From Vitrella brassicaformis CCMP3155 (lineage: Eukaryota > Protista > Chromerida), in the NCBI GenBank assembly GCA_001179505.1, contig CDMY01000430.1:1-64000 (forward strand): 64,000 bases of DNA, read 5' to 3'. Numbering within the stretch: the first letter of the stretch is position 1; each line of letters starts with the position of its first letter. The translations under genes and the position numbers were made by a program. Of the stretch, positions 47,125-60,399 are shown piece by piece. A model generated the notes under the pieces. That model did no database searches. It was not told the DNA's origin and was given only the letters and a program-made list of their open reading frames with translations.

Positions 47125-50100
47125 GCAGGCCATTTGATAAGTTTCTGCGGGCCATGGAGGCCCTGAGGTGAGGATACTGACAATGGGATGTCCACATGCA
47201 TACAGGGAATGCCGCCTGTGTTGTACGTACGCTGTCAGGCGCATGTGGACTTGGCTGTCAGGGGAGCGGTACGGCACGGTATGACAACGCACCACCACAA
47301 GCCAGCTATCTGTCCACGCATGCCATCCATCGCAAGTTGTGTGTATGGTCGTGCTGCGGGCTGTGTGTGTGTGTGCAGGGCGTCTCCATAATGGACGAGA
47401 TCGTCTGGGCGCTGGTGCCGCCCCAGCCACCCGCGGCGTCCGTGGAAGCCGCCCTGGTGCTGCCGGACGGCAACGTCGTACCGCATCGCAGCCGCGCCAC
47501 ACTCAAGGAGGAGGGTGCCAAGCACCTCAGCCAGAGCATCAGCAAGGTGAGCGGCGGAATGAACGATACGACTGACACGTCCATGTACGTGTTCGTGCAT
47601 GTGTGTGTGGTCACTCAGTTGCATGATAAGTTATTGAGGGATGGGATGACGGATCTCGCCAAGTACGCCAAGTTTCACACCAAAGTGGTCAGCTGGCCCC
47701 CTCCTCCCAGACACACACACACACACGTCTGCACCGACACACACATAGCATACACATCCATCTCTCTCTGTGTGTTCCTGGCGTGGCACGTGGGTATGTG
47801 CAGATCCAGCGTGCGAGGGAGGAGGAGGCCATGGCGCAGCGCATTCGCAACATGGAAGCGGCCAAGCGGTACACATTCACAGCCCAAATGAGCCTTCCAC
47901 TTTAGCCACCTGACTGACCTGCACAAACGGATCCGTGTGAATGTGTGTTGATGTATGCAGTGAGTTGAAGGAGAGTCTGACCCGGGAGGTGACGGCGCTG
48001 CAGAAGGGGCCCGAGAGGCAGGACGGCGACGGCACGGCGCTCTTTGCGAGCGGCAACCGCTACGAGGGCCAGTGGGGAGTACGGCCGCATCAACGGGGAG
48101 GGCAAGCTGACCTACCAGAATGGCGCCAAGTGCGAGGGCGAGTGGGTCGACGGCAAGCTGGTGGACGGCCGGGGGACCTACCGCTACGCCGAGGGTGGCG
48201 TGTACCACGGCGAGTGGCGCGACGACAAGCGCCACGGCGAGGGCGCGGTGACGCCCGTGAGCGCCAAGGACAACGTGGTGGAGTACGAGGGCGACGGGGT
48301 CAACGGCAAGATGCACGGCAAGGGCAACGAGGTGCCCGTCACCGCCACACCGAAGGCCGAGGTGCGTACGCCACCCCCCCACTCACCCCCAACACACACA
48401 CACGTCTGCACCGGCACATCCATGACATTAATCCATCTCTCCGTGTGCCTATCGTGGCATGGCGTGTGGGTATGTGCAGAGTCAGCAAGGGAGGGAGGCA
48501 GAGGCCATGGTTACCTACATACAGCGCATCGAGGCGGCCAAAAGGTACGCATTCACAAGCTACATGAGCCTTCCACTTTAGCCACCTGACCTGCACAAAC
48601 GGGTCCGTGTGAATGTGTGTTGATGTATGCAGCGAGTTGGAGGAGAGCCTGGCCCGGGAGGCCATGGTGCTGCAGCAGGAGGACCAGACGGCCGCATCGG
48701 CCACCAACTCGACCGCCACCCAGCCCCTTCCCACGCCCATCACCACCACATGGCCCGACCCCGCCACGACCTCCGCCATGTGGCTGGCCACGCGCCAGGA
48801 TCTGGAGGCCATCGAGGCCGCCCACCGAGTGGCTGTCAAGGGCTCCGTGTTCGTCATGGTGAAGCTGATAGACGGGCCGGCTGGGATGGGCAAGGACGCG
48901 AGGCAGCAGTGGCTGGCGACCAGGCCTATCAAATTGAATGACGAGATGACGTAAGCGAGCGACACGACTCACATGGGACGGAGGGAGGGAGGGAGGGAGG
49001 GAGGGAGGCGAAGAAGAGGGTCCATGGAAGCGCATGTTGTGCGGTGTGTTGTTGTGTGTGTGTCAACCAGGTATAGCGTCAGTCCAGAGGCCATCGCCCT
49101 CCACCAGGCGGCCAGCTGCAGCCAGCTCTATCCGAAGGGCACAGTGGTCGACATGTTTGCTGGGGCAGGTACACATCGCACGCACACGGACGGCACACAC
49201 GTACATCCACTGCACGTGATTGAATGAATGCCCGTGTGTGGTGTATGTGTGTGTGTGTGTGTGTGTGCGCGCAGGGGGGGATACCATTGCCATGCTGCGA
49301 GAGGGCATGAGCGTGTATAGTATTGATAAGGAAGCCGAGCACGTGGAGATCCTCGAATACAACACACAACTATACGGTAACAATATACAACGAAGGAAGA
49401 GACAGACCCCATTCATCCGACCACCACTCTGTCTGTCTGTGTGCGCGCAGGTGTGCAGCCCGTCATTGCCCTGCCCGAGGACTATGAGTCCGTAGTAGAC
49501 CGGTGGGACAACTACGACTTCAAGGCCGACCTGGTCAGTCAGTCGACACACGACATACTCACCAGCCCACCCACCTGCGCAGACGCCAACACGTCCGTCC
49601 ATCATGCGGATGTGTTTGTGCTGTGCAGGCCATTATCGACCCCCCCTGGGGCGGCCGCCAGTACCTCAATCAGAAGACGTACGACCTCGCCCACATGGCC
49701 GACGGCAGCCTGGTATGCATTGCAATGCGTCCATCTACTCACGATGGACACCACACACAGAGAGAAGACACTAGGGATGGATGGATGGATGGTTTGCCCC
49801 ACCTCGCCTTGCTTTGATTCGTTTGATCGATGCAGTCGATGTTTGACGTGGTGCGGGTGGCGGCCACCGTGACGACGAGCTTTGTCACCAAGATACCGAA
49901 AAATACGTCGATACTGTCCTGCGTAAGCATCCAACCACCCCACCCCACTGCATTCACCCCATCCACCCATAGCTGGCTGCATGATCGTGTTTGTGTATGT
50001 GTGTGTGCGTGTGTCCCCTTCCCCTCCAGGCTCAGTTGGGGCTGTGGGTCGAGCAGCTCCGCGTGCGTGCCGAGGGTTCCGACCGGCCCCCCACTTCGTT

Positions 50101-50496
50101 CACGCCGCCCATCGTGGAGGTCTTCGTGACACGGGAGAAGGGGAGGGGCCGGTCGGGCAATGAGGTGATCACTAAGCCCAAGTACGCCGCCGTCTATCTC
50201 GGAGACATCGCCAGGGGGTCAGTCAGCCACTCACTCACTCACTGATGGAAGCCACACGTGTGTCATCCCATCCACCAATTATGCGTTGATTGCATGTGGT
50301 CTCTTTCTGCCTGCGTGTGTGCAGCAAGTTAAAGGAGCTCAAGCGCGCCGGCCAGGGCCCCCCACCCAAGGTCGCCGTCACCACCCCAACCACACTGGAG
50401 GACCACGTCATGGGGCCCATGTGGCGGCAGTCCAGCCTGCTGCACCAGGTGGACGTTTCGGTTGTGCCACATAAGAAATGCTGGCACGGCTTGTAG
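47125..50496 (+). CDS. Multi-exon gene: coiled coil + MORN repeats + Tgs1-like RNA cap guanine-N2 methyltransferase
   Basis: MORN exon 47961-48361 (YEGQW, YHGEWRDDKRHGEG; one extra G at 48074-48077). MTase motifs YSVSPEAIA, VVDMFAGAGGDTI, YSID, YNTQLY, IIDPPWGG, FVTKIPKN. Splice phases link the exons. The 5' end is uncertain. Confidence 0.75.
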
Positions 50497-50622
50497 CCGC
50501 GCGCCCGCCCGGCAGCACAGCAGACACGTAAGACAGATAGATGCCTGGTGGGGCATGGCAGATGGACGGGTGGTTTGGATGGTTGCTCGCCTTGGCCGAC
50601 TTGCTGGGAACGGGGATCTCTC

Positions 50623-50657
<35 letters not shown>

Positions 50658-51088
50658 TCTGTTTCTCTCTCCCTCTCTGCGTTGCGTGCATCCCCTCTCG
50701 CCCTCCCGCCCTCCCTCCCTCCCCACCCACACCACCAGCCGGCATAAGTATTTTTGGTGCCCGCGTAATGTGCGGCCTCCCTGGTGGTGCGGAGGAGTGG
50801 TTGGATGAGAGGGATTGCCGCTATGGTCTGCTGGCTGGTCGATGGAGTGTACAGCTGGGTCGTGTGCGTGTGTTGGTGGTGACTGACTTGCTCTCTTTTT
50901 CTGTCGCTCACGTAAGGACTATTTGTTCCCTCACACACACTGCAAAGGCGCCTACCGCCAACAGAGTCGACTCTGCCCTAGTGCTCCAGCCACCACACGA
51001 CCACAGACAAGACAAGAAAACGAAAGGTCCTCACCATACATGTACCGTCGCAAACCGATCGGCCTCGCAAGCCGGCAGTTGTGAAGAG

Positions 51089-52747
51089 ATGTCAGCTCAG
51101 CTCAAAAGATCTCCCCTGGCAGCGTTGGGGATCTTCGTCTGCTTCGTCAGCAATGCTCCTCCCGCCCTCTCGGCCGCCATGCAGCGCCTCTTCCGAACGG
51201 CCTCTTCGTCGATGGACGTCAGGGCATGGCGTGGCGCCTTTGTGGACGCACTCAGGCATCCTCCAGCGACGCTGAAGCGAAGGCGAAGACACCGGGATCG
51301 CCCTGCGGCCTTCCTCAGAGGTGATCTCGTACAACACACTGTCTGCTTTCCTGAATCAATGCATCTACAGGCTGCTGTTTCCGTCGTGCAGGTAGCGCCA
51401 TGTCATCTGTGGCGTCGGTCGGCGTGGCAGATGCCGGTGCTGATGCTCATGTGAGCATGTTGGGGCTCGACAGTGACAGTGACAGTGACCATGATCATGA
51501 GGATCTGAGTGTGGGCGACAGGGTGGAGATCTTGGCGGGCAAGTACCAGGGCACTCACGGAGTCGTCCTGGACGTTGCCGACGGCAAGGTGAGTGAGAGT
51601 GCATGGATCAATGGGTGGATGGATGGATGGATGGATGGAAGCATCAAGCATCAGGTGACTGTCTGATGGATGCTTGGTGCTTTTATCTCAGGTCCAGGTG
51701 CGTCGCGATTGTCGGATAAAGGAGGATGGCAGTGTGCCGCCAGAGCTGCAGTCAGGCCACGAACGCACATACAGGTACCTTGCGAAGGGTAGCAGCGACC
51801 CCATTCACCCATCCGTCCATCCATCAATTTGTGTCTGCACCGGTGTGGTGGTCAGGTACCCTGCGCACCAGGTCCGGCTGGCCACATCACAACCGCCTCA
51901 AGCATTATCCCCCGCAGCGGCGCCAATCCCACCTCCCCCGTCACTATCAGCCGCTGGTGAAGCCAGCTCCCTGCTGCTGGACGCCGTACCGTCGTCTGCC
52001 TCCCTCCCCTCCCAGCCATCCTTGTCCGATGACGACCCCTACGCCCACCTGCACGATCTCTTCGACGTGAACCTGGGTCGGTCCATCACAGCTCCCACCA
52101 CCACGCCCAAGCCACTGCCTCCAGAGGCTGTGGCCGAGGGGCTGAGCAGGAAACAGGTACCGATGCACTCACTCAGAGAGCGACAGACACTGAAAAAAAT
52201 TAAGGATGGATGGACCTTGTGTGCGTGCTGCTGGATTGGGTGAGTGGACGCAGTGGCGTCAGGAGAGGAACAAGCGTCGGAAGAAGGAGCAGCTGGATGA
52301 GCGCAGGAGGAGCCACCCCGACTTCTCTCCCCCCCTCCCACTCCCCCTCCCCCACGATGAGGCCTCCCTCGGAGCCAGCACCCCGCCCCCATTACGCGAG
52401 CCGCCTCCGGTTGCCAAGGCGGCGGTGCGCGAGCAGTACTCGTCGCCATACGCTGAGACCGTGGGCGACCTCAACAACGAGCTTGACGACCTGCAAAGAA
52501 AGTACGTGACGTGTGTGAGGGATGCATCCAGGGCAAGGGCTAGATGTTTATGTCTGTTGTGTCTGTCAGTATCGGTCGGCTGCTCAAGACACTGCGTCGG
52601 ACAGAGCCTGACCCCTTCCTGTTCGAGTCGAAGCGCGAGGCGCTGATGAAGACATACCGGAAGGAGCGCAACAAGATCCTCGCCGCATACTTTGACCTCT
52701 CCAATGTCATGTTCGCACCCGGAGAAGAGCCGTGGGGGGATGAATGA
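51089..52747 (+). CDS. Hypothetical KOW-motif protein with possible bipartite (signal + transit) leader
   Basis: VGDRVEILAGKYQGTHGVVLDV is a KOW motif. The hydrophobic N-terminus LAALGIFVCFV is followed by an S/A/R-rich stretch, and exon 1 joins exon 2 in frame. Confidence 0.55.
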
Positions 52748-53173
52748 TTGAATGATGGCATTGCAATGCTTCGATAACACGTGTGTGACAAGTGGCGAAT
52801 GAGGGCCGGGCGGTCTTTCTCGTGCTGTGTTATGTTGGGTCTGTACTGCACGCGCATCTGTCTGTCTGGCAAGAGTCGGGCCTTTCGCGTCACGGAAGGC
52901 TGAAGGACCCTTGCCTCGGGATATTTGTGCGTGTAGATCACACCACAACATACCACACGTGGGCCATTTAGGAGGAGGCGGCAGCTCTCATTGCAATGCA
53001 TATCAGGACGAATAGGCTCAGCATGGGTTGACGGGTGTGAATACATGGACACATCCGACGTGCAATGAATCATTTTGAGGGTCTCCTCATCCCTGCAAGC
53101 GTAGCTCGCAGACGAGGAGAAAAAGGCGGGGAAGAGGCCGGGGGAGGGAAAGATCTGTGGTCATCTGTTCACA

Positions 53174-56100
53174 ATGACGAGCCCCCTGAGCCCCAATCTG
53201 GCAGTGCTATGTTGTCTGGGCATCAACTACGTGGTGCTGTTCCTCGTGGGGTCGTTCCGCTTCCTGCGGGTGTACTCGTATCGGCTGGGGTGGGGCGTCA
53301 CCAACACGCTCTTCTCGCTCATCGTCATGATCCTGCTCATGAGGGCTATGGCCTTTGGACTCATGTGCTACCTATACAGGTGAGTACAGGAGTGAGTTTG
53401 GCGTTGGTTTGGAGCATCCATTGTCTGTCTGTCCATTGTGTGTGTGTGTGTGTGTGTGTGTGTGGTTTGCTGGCTTCTCTCAGGCCGAGTCAGATGAGCA
53501 CGCACGACACCAACAAGCCGGTGTTTTTCGTCCTGTTCTCGGCGCCCGTGACGCTCACTGACCTGACCTTCATCACCCTGCTGCTGCAGCTGTGCATTCT
53601 CTACTACAGGCAAGCTGCTTGAGGCAGTGGCCAAACCGACCAATGCACGAGGCAGAAATGTATGTGTGTGTGTGTGTGTGTGTGCAGCTGCCATGACCTG
53701 CCCAGCTCGATGGCTCCCTTCGAGAACACCCGTGCGTGGCTCATTCTCACGTTCGTCGCTTTGGGTTTTGCCTACGGGGGCTGCATCGGCGGCATGTACC
53801 TGCTGTTCTGCTGCAACCTGCTCACCGAGAACATGGTCACCCAGGTGCAGAGCGGCAGCAACTTCTTCCTCGTGGCTATCGCCATCACAAGTACACGTAC
53901 CATATATTCCATCCACCGCACCAGCACTCGTGTATATGGTATGGTGTGTATCTATCTGTGTTTGGTTTGTGTGGTTTGGTTCAGCTGTGGGTCTTCTGCA
54001 CAGCCGTTTTCGGCGTGTAGAGTTCCGCTCAAACGCGGCGCGGCAGAAGCTGAGGAAGGTGGGGGGCGTCACGCTCATTTGGGCGGCGTCCAGGTGAGCA
54101 GGGGGAGGGAGAGAGGGAGGGTCAATGTTTGCACCTTCCTTCATGGTATGAATGGTCAGGCTGGTGTATGGCATTGTGTCGGTGACCTTTCTGCTGCCGT
54201 CGAGGCAGTCGAGCAGCGTCGAGCCGCTCTACAGTGTGCGTGACGTGCAGCCACACAGCACAGCCGCTTCGATATATGTGGAGGCATTTGTATGTATGGT
54301 CTCTCTGTGTGTGTTCAGGATGACTTGCGCTCCCTGATCGGCGTGCTGTCTCTGTTTCTCGTCACCGAGGTGCTGCCTATTCTCGCCTGCATCGACTGGG
54401 CGTTCGTCGGTCAGACCACAACCACACACACACACACACACAGACAGAGAGAGAGAGAGAGAGAGATGCCCACACGGACCGACCGGCCCAGCTGAGCGGA
54501 TGTGGCTGCCTGCAGGTCTGATGGTGGGGATGGACGACAGTGGGTCCACCTACCCCCTGCTGCATCATGCGCAGTACCACCAAGACCCTGGTCAGTCAGT
54601 CAGAATGACACACACACACACAGATGGATGGATGGATGTGTGGATGGCTATATGCAGCTTATCTCCGTTCCGGCGGCAGTGAGTACTACCCCCCCTCCCC
54701 CTACGGCGTACCGCCCGCCACCGCACCTTCAAGGGCACCCACCTCCACGGCACAGCAGCCACGAGGTAGGTACCTAGACAGACAGGCGTGCTGTGGCACA
54801 TTCATTACTCAAAACACATTACTTTTCTCATCTCACAGGATGGGTTCCCACGTCGCCGTCTCAGCGAGCCGTGATGGGCCCGCCGTCCAACTCGCCCCAC
54901 TCGACGGCCACTGCCCCCGCTGCCATGGGGGGCCACAGACAACCGCCAGACATCATGCCCACACTCGAGTGGAAGAACGTCGTCCTCATGGTGGCCAGGC
55001 ACTGTGCCTCCTCACATCCGGACGGACAATGTTTGTTGTGTGGTTTCGTCATTTAGGAGAGCGAGCCGCTGCAGCAGCCTCCACCGAAGGTCAAGCCGCT
55101 GGCCCTGGGCAAGGTTGGCACCACCGCACACAAGGACACGCACCAACCCCCCCCCCCCACACACACGCTCNNNNNNNNNNNNNNNNNNNNNNNNNNNNNN
55201 NNNNNNNNNNNNNNNNNNNNNNNNNNNNNNNNNNNNNNNNNNNNNNNNNNNNNNNNNNNNNNNNNNNNNNNNNNNNNNNNNNNNNNNNNNNNNNNNNNNN
55301 NNNNNNNNNNNNNNNNNNNNNNNNNNNNNNNNNNNNNNNNNNNNNNNNNNNNNNNNNNNNNNNNNNNNNNNNNNNNNNNNNNNNNNNNNNNNNNNNNNNN
55401 NNNNNNNNNNNNNNNNNNNNNNNNNNNNNNNNNNNNNNNNNNNNNNNNNNNNNNNNNNNNNNNNNNNNNNCCCCCCCCCCCCACACACACGCTCAGAGAG
55501 ATACCTCATGCGCATTTCGTGTGTTGTGTGTGTCATGTCAGCTGGTGGTGGGTGTGTTGCCCGCGGCGGGATCGATGCACTCTGTTGGTTCGCAGGGCAG
55601 CCAGACGCACCCACACACTGCCGACGCAGAGAGGGGGGCGCCCGACGACGGCGAGCCGGGCAGGAAGGTCGTCATACGAATCATCGACGCCAGAAGGTCG
55701 GCCATTCCACCCACCAGCCAACTCACACACACACACACAGCGCACAGAGCTCACAGAGAAAGACCTCCTTCTGTGTGTGTGTGTGAGCAGGTTATCTCGC
55801 TACATCAGCGAGGAGATCCGTCTGGACTTCATGAAGCTCCTCAGCCTGACCCACCCCAACCTGCTGCAGGTCAAGGAGCTGGCGGAGGTGCCCACACCGC
55901 AGCGCCGCATCTGGGTGGTCTACCCACACTTGCCCGGCTGTCTCTCCCTCTACACGCTTCTGCACACCGACCTGCCCGGCGACCCAATGCCCCCGCCATC
56001 GCCCGAGGACTCGCCTGCCAGAAGTGAGAAAGAAACACAGCCACGGAGGGAGGGAGGGAGGGAGGGAGGGGCTGCTTGTTGGAGGGATGGGGGGATGGGT

Positions 56101-57130
56101 GCAGGTCTGCCTGAGTCGAGGTTCAGCACGGGTGCCTCGGGGGGGCACACGGCTGTCTCAACGGGCCATGGCTCACTCACAGCGCCCAAAACACTCAAGG
56201 CCAAGCTGCAGGTGCGTGTGTGAGACTCCATCCATCCATCCATCCCTGTGCTGTGCCCTGATTGGCCTTCTGTCCCTCTCTGTGTGGTGGGTGTGGTGTT
56301 CTATCAGTATGTTCGTCAGGTGGTGTCGTGTTTAGTGTATCTGCACAACGAGGGCCGCCCCCACGGCCACCTCACCTCCCACAACGTCATCGTCTCGCCC
56401 ACACACAGGGCGTACCTCACTGACCTGGGCTTCCACTCCCTCAAGAGGTTCGGCACACACACCCTTCCATCCATCCATCCATCTCTGTGTGTGTGTGTGT
56501 GTGTGTGTGTGCAGGTTTCTGGCCGTGTTGGGTGTGTATGAGTTTCGGTCGGCGTGGTCCGCCCCCGAGATCCTGTCGGGTCAGTCAGTCAACGACAGAG
56601 ACACACACACTCTCTTTGACTGATATGGCTGGTGTGTTGATGGACTACTGCAGGCGAGTGCCGCGTGTTCACCGCCGAGACCGACGTGTATTCGCTGGGC
56701 ATCCTCATATGGGAGGTCTGCACCTCCATCGAGCCCTTCGGGGGCTCCAACATACAAACCATCAGAAAACTCGGTACGTCAGTCAGTCAATAAGTGTCTC
56801 CTGGTGTGTGCTGGCATCTCTGCCTGTGGGGGTGTGTGGGCGCGTGTGTGTGATTGTGTGTGTGACGCAGTTGTTGAGGGCAAGAAGCGCCCCGAGCTGC
56901 CGGCATCCATCCCGAAGGACCTCGCCGGTTTGGTGAGGTCATGCTGGCAAGACGCGCCTGAGAAGAGGTATACCGTCTGCCGCCCCACCCCACCACCCTG
57001 CCTGGGCGGCGCGGACCTGTTGGTTGGTGCGGTGCAGTGCTTTGATGTGTGTGTATGTGTTTGTGTCAGGCCGACGATGTCAGCGGTGCTGCGTGCGCTC
57101 GACAGCATCATGGACAACATGCGGTCATGA
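53174..57130 (+). CDS. Seven-transmembrane (THH1/TOM1/GPR137-like) domain fused to a TKL-type pseudokinase
   Basis: Seven hydrophobic segments lie in the exons at 53.2-54.4 kb. Kinase exons: KVVIRII, LTHPNLLQV, YLHNEGRPHGHLTSHNVIV, LTDLG, WSAPEIL, DVYSLGILIWEV...PF, RPELP...CWQDAPEKRPT. Stop at 57128-57130. Confidence 0.8.
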
Positions 57131-57390
57131 CGATGATCGGCGGAGGGAGGGAGGGAGGGAGGGATAGTCGGTGTGTGTGGTGTGAAGTGTGTGGTGTGAG
57201 CTCATTGGTGTGTGCGTAATTCGGTGTCGGTGAGTGGACAACGACCCACGACAGGTCAGGTGTGTGTCGTCCTTGCCGTCCTTGTGGTGTGCATTTTGTT
57301 ATGTCGTGTGTTGTGCCACACACAGTGGACAAACGAGCATTGAGTCTGACCGTTGACAGACACATCAAACGTCTCTCAAACTCATCCACC

Positions 57391-57421
<31 letters not shown>

Positions 57422-58370
57422 TATCACGATCACAACCACAATCCCTCGCCACCACAGCTCACTCGGCTCAGCTCAGCTCGGCATAGCTTAGGCCCCTTCC
57501 CACTCGACACACCACAACACACCACAGCACAACACACGAAAGGTATGGACACAGACACAGACACAGACACGCAGCAAACAGCTTAAGCCTCCATTGGCCC
57601 ATGTACACCACACGCACACGCGCACACCCCCTCACGAAGAAACGTTGCCAGGAAGAGATTCCCTCCGGGTCTTCCGGGGTCTTCCGGTGGCTTGAAAGGC
57701 GCACCAATCACCATCCATCCATCCATCAGTCAGTCAGTCAAACGGCACGGCTGCACCGATTGCCCCAGGGAGAGAAATACCCCATAAGCTTAGCCCAAAA
57801 ACGACACAGACAGACCCGACCCCAATCAGGTGCTCTCCCCCCCCCTCCCCCTCTCCCCGTCTCTCCCCTGCCCTGTTCCGCATCGACAAAACAGAGAAAA
57901 ATGCTGCCCCGTCGCAACGCAACGCCCTCGGCCGGCCGAGAAAAACACGTCAACACACAAACGGTTGAACCAAGTCCCTCTGTCGGTCAAGGCACTCTCA
58001 CGAGCATCTCATGAACACACACACAAAAACACCTACCTCTCAAGACCCCNNNNNNNNNNNNNNNNNNNNNNNNNNNNNNNNNNNNNNNNNNNNNNNNNNN
58101 NNNNNNNNNNNNNNNNNNNNNNNNNNNNNNNNNNNNNNNNNNNNNNNNNNNNNNNNNNNNNNNNNNNNNNNNNNNNNNNNNNNNNNNNNNNNNNNNNNNN
58201 NNNNNNNNNNNNNNNNNNNNNNNNNNNNNNNNNNNNNNNNNNNNNNNNNNNNNNNNNNNNNNNNNNNNNNNNNNNNNNNNNNNNNNNNNNNNNNNNNNNN
58301 NNNNNNNNNNNNNNNNNNNNNNNNNNNNNNNNNNNNNNNNNNNNNNNNNCCCCCCCCCAGCCGTTTCCCA

Positions 58371-59552
58371 TTACAGCCGCTCTTGTGCTGTCAACGGCAG
58401 CACCTCATCATCGGAGGTAGACCGAGGGGAGCTGTCGAGGTCGTCCTCCTCCACTGGTGTCACAACAACCGTCACGCCCCTGGCCGACTTGTGCTTCTCA
58501 TGGTTGTGTGCGTGTCCATGGGCGTGGGCGCCGTGGCAGTGGCCGTGGGCGCCGTGGCCGTGGCCGTGGCCGCATGAGAGTCCCATTGCGTGGATGGCCT
58601 TGTGCGAGAAATAGTTGGACGACAGCAGGCAGGCCGACCCAAGCAGCCCCACCACCGTGTGGATGATGTCCAGCTGCTCAAGGTACACCATCCACCCCCA
58701 CAACACCGCCAGAGCCGATGCAGGTGCACTTGTGGCCGAGGCGTCCGCCGTTCGAGGGCCTTCGGCTGTCAGGAGAGTCACGTCGGAAGCTGCCGCACCC
58801 TGCCCCTGTCTCAAATGGTGGTGGTCGTGTGTGTGAGCGGGGATGTGGCTGAAGTACAGCAGGGCCACGCCGAAAGCCCCCAGAGCGAACAGCCGCAGAA
58901 TGCGGTGCCGCGTGTAGTTCATCAGCACCGACAGCCCGCCGATGGGCAGCAGCACCCAAAACACAGCCTGAACCAGCCACACACGAGACTCTGCAGACAC
59001 GAATCTCTACTGGTCCTTTTGGCGCATCCATACCACATCCACTGCGCTGTGGATCTGGTCGTTGGTGTGTTCGCCGACAACCCCCAGCAGCGGTGCAATG
59101 GCCAGCAGTGGCGGCAGCAGCACACACTCGATGGCGCACAGCACCGACAGCACGGTGGTGGCAATGGGGATGGACGACTGAATGCGCCCCAGCAGACCTG
59201 ACCGTTGGGGCTTCAGGGACTTTGCTGAGGACGATGACGGACCGACAGATGGCGAGTGACTGCAGCCAACAGGCATATGACAGCCATGGAGACCTCAGCT
59301 TCCCTCTGTACGGATCTGCGCCCGGTAAATCACTCACCTGTGCCCGTCGTCATGATGGTCGTGGTTCTGGTGGTTGTGGTTGTGGCTGTGGCTGCAGAGC
59401 TGGCTGGTGCTGGTGGTGGTGGTGTCGGAGAGGGGAGAGGAGTCGCCGGAGGCGCTTTCCCCCTCGCAGCAGCCCGTGTCGCTATCGCAGCAGTGAGAGT
59501 GGTCATGCGCCTGCCGGGCATGGCACGCCGGCGAAGTGGAGAAATAGGACAT
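58371..59552 (-). CDS. MerC-like membrane protein with His/Cys-rich N- and C-terminal tails
   Basis: LSVLCAIECVLLPPLL, LPIGGLSVLMNYTRH...LGAFGVALL, HTVVGLLGSACLLSSNY follow the MerC pattern. Tails are HDHSHCC / HSHNHNH and CGHGHGHGAHGHC. Three exons. Confidence 0.7.
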
Positions 59553-59961
59553 CAGGCAGGGGAAAGCGGCGACAAGATTCTCCCCGGTGGCAGATCATCA
59601 AGCTCGCCAAAGGAAAAGCTCGCAGTTAACGGCTGACGTTTCCCTTTTGGCCGCCAGGGGAGAAACTTATCTAGGCCCTCGCGCAGAGGAGTTCCGCCAG
59701 GGGATTTTGCCCAGAAATCAGGTGATCATGTGTGGAATGAGACGCAGGATATGACGATGCGTGCGAGGTGAGGGACTCGTATGTGTAATGAATGAAGGGC
59801 TGTCGATTGACTGTTCTGTCTTGTCCATGTACTCAGTCGTGAGTTCAGTCAGCGGTGTGTTTGTCGGTCTGTGTATTGTCCGCTGGGTCGGTCCATTCAT
59901 TTGGTCTGCCGGCGGTCTGCGCATTGCCTGTCTGTCTGTCTCTGTGTCTGTGCCCGAGCGA

Positions 59962-60365
59962 TCACTTCTGGCCTGCACGCACATCAACCCACACACTGAT
60001 ATGCACACGCACCTCCTCATTTCGTCCTTTCGTCTGTGTATGTACCGGCGAGCATGTTGACGACGGTGAAGACGAGAATGGCGATGACGAACACACTCAG
60101 GAACACCTGCACACACGAGACACAAATGATTGGATGGATGGATGGACCTCTCCTCCCAGACACACACACAGATCAACGTACGTACCCAGTAGAACATTGA
60201 GACTGTGAAGACGAGCCACCAGAGTGCAGGTGCGGTGGTTTGGCAAGTGAGGCTCGAGGTCACCCAACCGGTGCCCACAAACACCCACAAGACCGACACC
60301 ACCAGCCCCCCCACCGACACCACCAGCCACCCCAACTCCAGCTGAAACGCACTGAAACTACAACA

Positions 60366-60399
<34 letters not shown>

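Noticed and set aside
55140-55500. Missing exon in the kinase-gene gap
   Set aside because: Both sides repeat the same poly-C/CACACACGCTC intron sequence, and the flanking exons join sensibly, so the gap is probably spurious.
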